Shown one piece after another: positions 58,074-64,000 of a stretch of 64,000 bases of DNA. The stretch's first letter is position 1, and the number at the start of each line of letters is the position of its first letter. The notes beneath the pieces were generated by a model. The model was not told where the DNA came from and searched no databases. It saw only the letters and a list, made by a program, of their open reading frames with translations. The stretch spans positions 32,001 through 96,000 of the forward strand of contig JAYZQJ010000004.1 of assembly GCA_036149055.1 (NCBI GenBank), read 5' to 3'. A program made the translations under genes and the position numbers. This DNA is from Myxococcota bacterium (GTDB taxonomy: Bacteria; Myxococcota_A; Polyangia; Polyangiales; Sandaracinaceae).

Positions 58074-59248
58074 AGGTCGAGCCCCGCAGCGCCCCCGAGC
58101 CGCGCCGGAAGCGCGCCACGAGCGAGGACCCGAGCGGCTTCTCGATGTCCCTCGCCGCCACCCTCGCCGCGCAGCAGCGCCCCCTCGAGCGGGTCGAGAC
58201 GATCAAGCCGCGAGGCCACGACGCCGGCGCCCGCGAGCGCGTGACCGAGCCCGCCCCCGCGCGCCCGATCGTGCTCGACGGCCCCGTCACCGTCACCCGC
58301 GGCGCCCCCGCGGTGCCCCCCGCCCAGGTCGCCGCCGCGATGGAAGGCGACGCCCCCGAGCTCCCCCCCGGCGCCGCCGCTCCCCAGCCCCCGGCCACCC
58401 AGGCCGACCCCGGCACCACGCCCGAGACCGCCCCCGAAGCCGCCGCCGGCCCCGCTGCCGCTCCCGGCCCCGCTGCCGCTTCCGGCCCCGCTGCCGCCGC
58501 CGCCCCCGCTGCCGGCCCCGAAGCCGCAGCCGCTGCCGCTGCCGCGCCCGAAGCCGCTGCCGGCTCCGAAGCCGCCGCCGCTGCCGCCCCCGCTGCCGCT
58601 GCCGCTGCCGCCCCCGAAGCCGCTGCCGAGACCGCGGCCGCTGCCGAGACCGAAGCCGCTGCCGAAGCCGAAGCCGAAGCCGAGGCCGAAGCCGAAGCCG
58701 AGGCCGCCGGCGAAGCCGACTCCTCCGACCTGCCCCGCTCCGGCGGAGACGGCGCCTCCAGCGACGACACCCCCGGCGACGGCGGCGCCGACCACGCCGC
58801 CCGCCTCCGCGCCACCCAGGTCACCGCCCCCGACCTCGCGCGCCCCACCTTCACCCTCGACCGCCCCGGCGACTCCCCCGAGGTCGAGGTCCCGCTGCCC
58901 CCGCCGACCAGCGACGAGGAGGCCGAGGCCTTCCAGCACGTCCGCTGGAGCGTGCTGAAGAACGCCGCCGGCGCGGAGCGCGCGCGGGTCCGGGTCGAGC
59001 ACCCGACCCTCGGCACGCTGCGCCTCGAGTTCGCCCTCGACGACGACGGCCTCGACGTGCGCGTGCTCGCCCCGAGCCTCGTCGCCGCGCTGCGGCTCGA
59101 GAAGGACGAGGACCGCATCCGCGGCCTCCTCCGCGAGCACGGCACCCGGCTCGCCAAGCTGCGCGTCGCGCTCGAGGAGCGCCGAGACGCCCGACCCCTT
59201 TCGCGCCCGCGCCCCAGCGCGCCCGGGCGCCTGTCCACGGAGGCCTGA
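58070..59248 (+). CDS. fliK: Flagellar hook-length control protein FliK
   Basis: Disordered Ala/Pro/Glu-rich body; C-terminal RVRVEHPTLGTLRLEF...LREHG T3S4-like domain; precedes flgD. Confidence 0.78.
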   Translation: MKVEPRSAPEPRRKRATSEDPSGFSMSLAATLAAQQRPLERVETIKPRGHDAGARERVTEPAPARPIVLDGPVTVTRGAPAVPPAQVAAAMEGDAPELPPGAAAPQPPATQADPGTTPETAPEAAAGPAAAPGPAAASGPAAAAAPAAGPEAAAAAAAAPEAAAGSEAAAAAAPAAAAAAAPEAAAETAAAAETEAAAEAEAEAEAEAEAEAAGEADSSDLPRSGGDGASSDDTPGDGGADHAARLRATQVTAPDLARPTFTLDRPGDSPEVEVPLPPPTSDEEAEAFQHVRWSVLKNAAGAERARVRVEHPTLGTLRLEFALDDDGLDVRVLAPSLVAALRLEKDEDRIRGLLREHGTRLAKLRVALEERRDARPLSRPRPSAPGRLSTEA

Positions 59249-59253
59249 GAGAG

Positions 59254-60069
59254 ATGGAGATCGATTCCACCCGCAGCGGCGCGAACGCGCTCGGAGGCAA
59301 CGGCGTCGGCGAAGCGAGCACCGACTTCGACCGCGACGCCTTCATGCAGCTCCTCGTGACGCAGATCCGCAATCAGGACCCGATGGATCCGATGGACACG
59401 CGCGACATGATGGCCCAGCTCACCCAGCTGACCTCGGTCGAGCATCTCATCGGCATCGAGCAAGGCGTGCAGACGCTCGGCGTCGCCTCCGCCTCGATCG
59501 CCAACGCGCAGGTCGCCGGCTTCGTCGGCAAGACGGTCACCGCCGACGCCAGCTCCCTCCGCCTCGAGGAGGCGGGCAGCGCCGCGGGCGCCTTCGAGCT
59601 CGACGGCCGCGCCTCGAACGTCACGGTGACCATCCGCGACGAGGAGGGCCGCGTCGTGCGCACGATGGAGCTCGAGGGTGACCGCTTCGCCGGCACCCAC
59701 CGCTACGAGTGGGACGGCGTGGACGACTCGGGCACCCGCCTGCCGGAGGGTCGCTACCGCGTCGAGGTCTCGGCCACCGACGGCGAGGGTCAGCCGGTCG
59801 GCGCCGACACCGAGGTCCGCGGCACGGTCACCGGCGTCAGCTACGAGCACGGCTACCCGGAGCTCATCCTCGACGGCGAGCACAAGATCCTCATGGGCGA
59901 CGTGCGCCGCGTCGACGACGGCCCCGGCGGCGGCGCGGGCGCCACGCGAGAGCGCTCCGGCGCGAGCGGGACGAGCACCGCGCCCTCCACCGCGCCCGGG
60001 AGCCTCCCCGAGCTCGAGAACCCCAGCCTCATCGACCCTTCCGTCGCGCTCTCTTCCTACACGCGCTGA
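59254..60069 (+). CDS. flgD: Flagellar hook-capping protein FlgD
   Basis: DAFMQLLVTQIRNQDPMDPMD...AQLTQLTSVE; WDGVDDSG..LPEGRY. Confidence 0.95.
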   Translation: MEIDSTRSGANALGGNGVGEASTDFDRDAFMQLLVTQIRNQDPMDPMDTRDMMAQLTQLTSVEHLIGIEQGVQTLGVASASIANAQVAGFVGKTVTADASSLRLEEAGSAAGAFELDGRASNVTVTIRDEEGRVVRTMELEGDRFAGTHRYEWDGVDDSGTRLPEGRYRVEVSATDGEGQPVGADTEVRGTVTGVSYEHGYPELILDGEHKILMGDVRRVDDGPGGGAGATRERSGASGTSTAPSTAPGSLPELENPSLIDPSVALSSYTR

Positions 60070-60093
60070 CGCCCCGACCCTGGAGAGATAGCC

Positions 60094-61392
60094 ATGACCA
60101 TCATGAAGTCCCTGAACACCGCCTCCTCGGGCATCCGCAGCCACAGCGAGGCGCTCTCGGTCGTCGGCGACAACATCGCCAACGTGAACACGGTCGGATA
60201 CAAGCGCTCGCGCGCGAACTTCCAGGACATGCTCGGGCGCAGCATCGCCGGCTCGAGCGCGATGCCGCAGGCCGGCGCCGGCAGCCGCGTGGGCAGCATC
60301 CAGCAGATGTGGGCGCAGGGCGCCTTGCTCACCACCGACTCGCCGACCGACCTCGCGCTCAACGGCTCCGGGTTCTTCGTCGTCAGCGGCAACGTCGGCG
60401 GCGTCGACGGCAGCTTCTACACGCGGGCCGGCCAGTACACGCTCGACAGCGAGGGTTACCTCGTCAACCAGGACGGCCTGCGCCTGCAGGGCTACCCGGC
60501 CGACGACACCGGCGCGCTGAGCGGCACGCTCGGAGACCTGCAGGTCGAGCAGGGCACCATCGGGGCCAACGCCACCACGAGCGTCGACGTCGGCGCGAAC
60601 CTCGACGCCGAGACCGCGGTGCGGACCGACGCCTGGGATCCCACCGACCCGGCCGGCACGAGTGACTTCTCCTCGAACGTCACCGTGTACGACTCGCTCG
60701 GCAACGCGCACGAGGTGACCGTCTACTATCGCAAGACCGGCGCGAACAGCTGGGAGTGGCACGCGATGGCGGACGGCGCCGAAGTCACCGGCGGCACCCC
60801 GGGCACGCCCTTCGAGGGCGCGAGCGGCACCCTGACCTTCACCACCGACGGCCAGCTCGACACCGAGACCACCAGCGCCTCGAGCTGGGACTTCGTCGAC
60901 GCGACCCCCGGCCAGGCGGTCACCTTCGACTTCGGCGACTCGATCACCACCGACTCGGGCACCGGCATGAGCGGGACCACCCAGTACGCCTCGCCCTCCA
61001 CCAACACCGGCATCAGCCAGGACGGCTACGGCGCCGGCGAGGTCGCGGGCATCTCGATCGGGCAGGACGGAACCATCGAGGGGGTGTTCACCAACGGCCA
61101 GCGCCGGGTCCTCGGGCAGGTCGCGGTCGCGGACTTCGCGAGCGTCGACGGCCTCGAGCGGGCCGGGCAGGGCCTCTGGGTCGAGACCCAGGCCAGCGGC
61201 GAGGCGGTGGTCGGCGCGGCCGGCACCGGCGGGCGCGGCGCGGTGGTGGCGGGGGCCCTCGAGGGCAGCAACGTCGACCTCGCGCGCGAGTTCGTCGACC
61301 TCATCGCCTACCAGCGCGGGTTCTCCGCCAACAGCCGCATCGTCAGCACCGCCGACGAGATGTACACGGAGCTGGTCAACCTGAAGCGGTGA
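60094..61392 (+). CDS. flgE: Flagellar hook protein FlgE
   Basis: VVGDNIANVNTVGYK, DLALNGSGFF, YTRAG, VYDSLGNAH, LEGSNVDLAREFVDLIAYQRGFSANSR. Confidence 0.96.
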   Translation: MTIMKSLNTASSGIRSHSEALSVVGDNIANVNTVGYKRSRANFQDMLGRSIAGSSAMPQAGAGSRVGSIQQMWAQGALLTTDSPTDLALNGSGFFVVSGNVGGVDGSFYTRAGQYTLDSEGYLVNQDGLRLQGYPADDTGALSGTLGDLQVEQGTIGANATTSVDVGANLDAETAVRTDAWDPTDPAGTSDFSSNVTVYDSLGNAHEVTVYYRKTGANSWEWHAMADGAEVTGGTPGTPFEGASGTLTFTTDGQLDTETTSASSWDFVDATPGQAVTFDFGDSITTDSGTGMSGTTQYASPSTNTGISQDGYGAGEVAGISIGQDGTIEGVFTNGQRRVLGQVAVADFASVDGLERAGQGLWVETQASGEAVVGAAGTGGRGAVVAGALEGSNVDLAREFVDLIAYQRGFSANSRIVSTADEMYTELVNLKR

Positions 61393-61448
61393 TCACGACC
61401 GCCATTCGTGGACTTTTCCTTCTTCACCGGAAGCGTTAACGTGGCCCG

Positions 61449-61979
61449 GTGCGGCGGAGAAGAGCAGGGTTCACGCTGGTGGAGCTGATGTCGGTGGTCA
61501 CGATCGTCGGCATCCTCGCCGCGCTCGCCATCCCGAGCTTCGTCAGCTACTCGCGGCGGGCTCGGACCAGCGAGGCGACGACGATGCTCGGCGACCTCTA
61601 CCACCACGCGGCGAGCTACTACGTCGCCGAGTACCCGCCCGGGCGCTCGGCGCCGCAGACCTTCTCGGGCTGCGTGGTGGACTCGGCCGGCCCGCTGCCC
61701 GCCGTCCCCCGCGGCGTCGCCGCCTACCCGGACTGGGAGTCGGATCCCAGCTTCAGCGGGCTCGGCTTCGCGAGCGGCGGGGCGCTCCGCTACGGCTACG
61801 AGATCGTCTCGGTCGGAGGCTGCCGGCACGGGGCCGGCGAGGCCCTCTACAGCTTCCGCGCGATCGGCGACCTCGACGGCGACGGCGCGACCAGCCTCTT
61901 CGAGGTCGCGGCCGGCTCGAACTCGGACAACGTGCTGATGCGCACGCCCGGGCACTACGTCGAGTCGGCGCTCGAGTAG
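61449..61979 (+). CDS. Type IV pilin-like protein
   Basis: RRRRAG|FTLVELMSVVTIVGILAALAIPSF prepilin cleavage/methylation motif; C-terminal GDLDGDG. Confidence 0.88.
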   Translation: MRRRRAGFTLVELMSVVTIVGILAALAIPSFVSYSRRARTSEATTMLGDLYHHAASYYVAEYPPGRSAPQTFSGCVVDSAGPLPAVPRGVAAYPDWESDPSFSGLGFASGGALRYGYEIVSVGGCRHGAGEALYSFRAIGDLDGDGATSLFEVAAGSNSDNVLMRTPGHYVESALE

Positions 61980-62914
61980 CGGTCCTCGAGGGCCCAGGCG
62001 AAGAGCCCGCACATCACGAAGCCGTGCGCGTTCGCGTAGCCGTGCGTGCGCAGCATCCACTGGATGCCGATCAGGCGGTGCCCGGTCGCCTCGCCCCACG
62101 CGTAGGCCAGCGCGAGCGGCATCGAGAGCAGCAGGGAGGCGCCGCTGACGAGCAGCAGCACCCGCGAGACGGCGCGGCGAGGCCGCCGCCAGACCCACCC
62201 GAGGGTCAGCCCGGCGACGAGGAGCAGCGCGCCGGCGAGCAGCGCCGTGCCGGCCAGCGCGAGCCACGGCGACGAGGTGATGCCGATCGCGACGATCGGC
62301 TGCGCGGCCACCGCGGCCAGCGCCGCGCCCAGGGCCAGCCGGCGGCGTCGCCCTTCGAGCGCGAGGCCGGCGCGGACCGCGAGGATCGGGGCGGCCACCG
62401 CGGCGAAGTGGAAGTGGACGCCGGTAAGCGCGACGATCAGCGGGTCGAAGTCGAGGGGGCGCGCGCCGACCCGAGACAGCAGCAGCCACCCCGCGCCCAC
62501 CGGCAGGTAGGCGAGCGCGAGCCCGGTCGCGAGCGTGTCCAGCCGCCGCAGCCCGCCCGCGAGCACCCGGCCGAGCCCGAGGAGCGCCACCAGGATGGCG
62601 AAGCTGACCCAGGCCGCCGCCCACGCGCCCGCCTCGAGCGAGACCGGCAGGGAGAGGGCGACCACCGCGGCCGCGCCGCACAGGGGCTGGGCGATCGCGG
62701 CGAGGTCGACGAGCCGGCTCTCGCGGGCGAGGGGCGCGACCGCGAGCGCCAGCGGCGCGACGCCGAGCACGGCGAGGGCGAGGACCCGGCTGATCGCGTC
62801 GGCGCCGACGAACCGGAGCCCGATGGAGAGCGCGACCCCCAGCCCGGCGCTGACCAGGAGGAGAGTGCGGGTGCGACGACCGGCGAGCTTCGGCACCCGC
62901 GGAGAATGCGTCAT
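61955..62914 (-). CDS. YndJ-like membrane protein
   Basis: Multiple TMs; ALTGVHFHFA and WMLRTHGYANAHGF motifs; start uncertain. Confidence 0.75.
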   Translation of the reverse strand: MTHSPRVPKLAGRRTRTLLLVSAGLGVALSIGLRFVGADAISRVLALAVLGVAPLALAVAPLARESRLVDLAAIAQPLCGAAAVVALSLPVSLEAGAWAAAWVSFAILVALLGLGRVLAGGLRRLDTLATGLALAYLPVGAGWLLLSRVGARPLDFDPLIVALTGVHFHFAAVAAPILAVRAGLALEGRRRRLALGAALAAVAAQPIVAIGITSSPWLALAGTALLAGALLLVAGLTLGWVWRRPRRAVSRVLLLVSGASLLLSMPLALAYAWGEATGHRLIGIQWMLRTHGYANAHGFVMCGLFAWALEDRYSSADST

Positions 62915-62924
62915 TCTCGGGCGG

Positions 62925-63893
62925 ATGCACTGGATGGATCTGGAGCCCGCCCACGCGCGCCTGGCGCTGGGGGCGATGCGGGCGGTGGCGGGGGCGGACG
63001 GTGAGCTCGCGGAGGCGGAGCGCGGCCTGCTCGAGGCCGCGGGGCGGCTGCTCGAGATCGACCCCGAGGTGCCCCCGCTGACCCCGGCGGCGCTGGCGAG
63101 CGCGGGGCTGGCCGGCCGGGACGCCGAGCGGGTGGTGCAGGCGGGCATCCTCGCGGCCCTGCTCGACGGCCGGATCGACCCGGCCGAGGTGGAGGTGGTG
63201 CGCGCCCTGGCGTCGGCGGCCGGGGTCGACGAGCCCCGGGTCCACAACCTCGCCCAGATCGCGAAGGGGAGGGTGCGGCTCGCCTGGCTCGACCTGGCCC
63301 GGCGCTCGTTCGCCCGGGACGTCTTCGTCGACGCGCTGAAGCGCGAGGGGCCCCGCGGGGTCTGGAAGATCGTGGGCCCCATGCTCGGCCGGGCCGTCGA
63401 TTCGGCCCTCGCGGCCCGCTACATCGCGCTCGGCGAGCTGCCCGAGGGCACCCTCGGTCACGCCTACTTCCGCTTCGTCTACGAGAACGGGCTCGGCTTC
63501 CCGGGTGAGAAGGGCGCGGTGCCCGAGTCGGGCGTCTGGCACGACGTCAGCCACGTGCTCGGCGGGTATGGCGTCGCGCCCCGGGAGGAGGTCGAGGTGG
63601 TGTCCTTCATCGCCGGCTTCACCCGCGAGGACCCGTTCTTCTGGGTCTTCACCATCACGCTGCAGTTCCACCTCGGGATGCGTGTCTCGCCGTACTCGCA
63701 GGGGGGCGTCGGGCTCGTGGACCCGGCCCGCATGCTCGGCGCCTTCGCGCGGGGCGCGGCGATGACCGAGGACCTCTCGGTGGACGGCTGGGATCCGTGG
63801 CCCTGGTTCCCCGAGCAGCTCGAGGCGGTCCGGGCGCGCTTCGGCGTGCGTCAAGCGCCTGACCTCGGGCCCGCCGGAGCGCCGGAGGGCTGA
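62925..63893 (+). CDS. TerB-like / Coq4-like domain protein
   Basis: VAGADGEL...E and LDG.I...E (TerB-like); LPEGTLG.AY...HDVSHVLGGY.....E (Coq4-like metal motif). Confidence 0.65.
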   Translation: MHWMDLEPAHARLALGAMRAVAGADGELAEAERGLLEAAGRLLEIDPEVPPLTPAALASAGLAGRDAERVVQAGILAALLDGRIDPAEVEVVRALASAAGVDEPRVHNLAQIAKGRVRLAWLDLARRSFARDVFVDALKREGPRGVWKIVGPMLGRAVDSALAARYIALGELPEGTLGHAYFRFVYENGLGFPGEKGAVPESGVWHDVSHVLGGYGVAPREEVEVVSFIAGFTREDPFFWVFTITLQFHLGMRVSPYSQGGVGLVDPARMLGAFARGAAMTEDLSVDGWDPWPWFPEQLEAVRARFGVRQAPDLGPAGAPEG

Positions 63894-63947
63894 CGCCGAG
63901 GCCGCCGGATCACGTCCGAGCCCCTCCCTGCAGGCCTCGGAGAGCGA

Positions 63948-63970
63948 TGGCACGGTCGGTGCTCTAGCTC
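63948..63970 (+). promoter_or_regulatory. sigma54 promoter resembling the flgB promoter
   Basis: TGGCACG-GTCG-GTGC-TCTAGCTC, followed by ATG 63979 (MADDKQD..., gene runs off the window). Confidence 0.65.
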
Positions 63971-64000
63971 TCGTCGCGATGGCCGACGACAAGCAAGACA

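Noticed and set aside
1..64000. tRNA/rRNA genes, prophage or known anti-phage defence systems
   Set aside because: None recognised by eye; a tRNAscan-SE/Infernal/DefenseFinder run would be needed to exclude them formally.

Overview
Very GC-rich (roughly 70-75% by eye) bacterial DNA. The gene content points to a myxobacterium (Myxococcota, probably Polyangiales/Sandaracinaceae-like): a MYXO-CTERM-type tail, many Cys-rich lipoproteins, eukaryote-like Ser/Thr kinases and sigma54 activators. This taxonomic call is inferred from gene content only. Main elements: (1) an apparently intact flagellar basal-body/hook operon flgB-flgC-fliE-fliF-fliG-fliH-fliI-fliJ-fliK-flgD-flgE (51.5-61.4 kb) with a sigma54 promoter, an adjacent FleS/FleR-like kinase and sigma54 response regulator, and a near-identical promoter at the right edge of the window. 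(2) A REP-associated tyrosine (HUH/Y1) transposase gene surrounded by a ~3.3 kb field of a repeated 51-bp hairpin / 15-bp motif, which also encloses a truncated IS630-type remnant with an intact small HTH gene (13.9-17.2 kb). (3) Two further unrelated palindromic repeat clusters (20.35-20.89 kb and 50.48-51.36 kb). (4) A FadR/GntR - C45 Ntn-hydrolase - sphingosine-1-phosphate-lyase-like operon suggesting sphingolipid/N-acyl amide catabolism. (5) A kinase-TPR-GAF-sigma54 activator divergent from a sigma54-driven pair of Cys-rich lipoproteins. (6) Assorted housekeeping or accessory genes (bamD, mscL, kptA, tesB, a sigma70 factor, c-type cytochromes, a CheB/CheR hybrid kinase, a pilin). Products were assigned by motif recognition only, with no database searches. 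Several start codons were re-picked relative to the ORF track.
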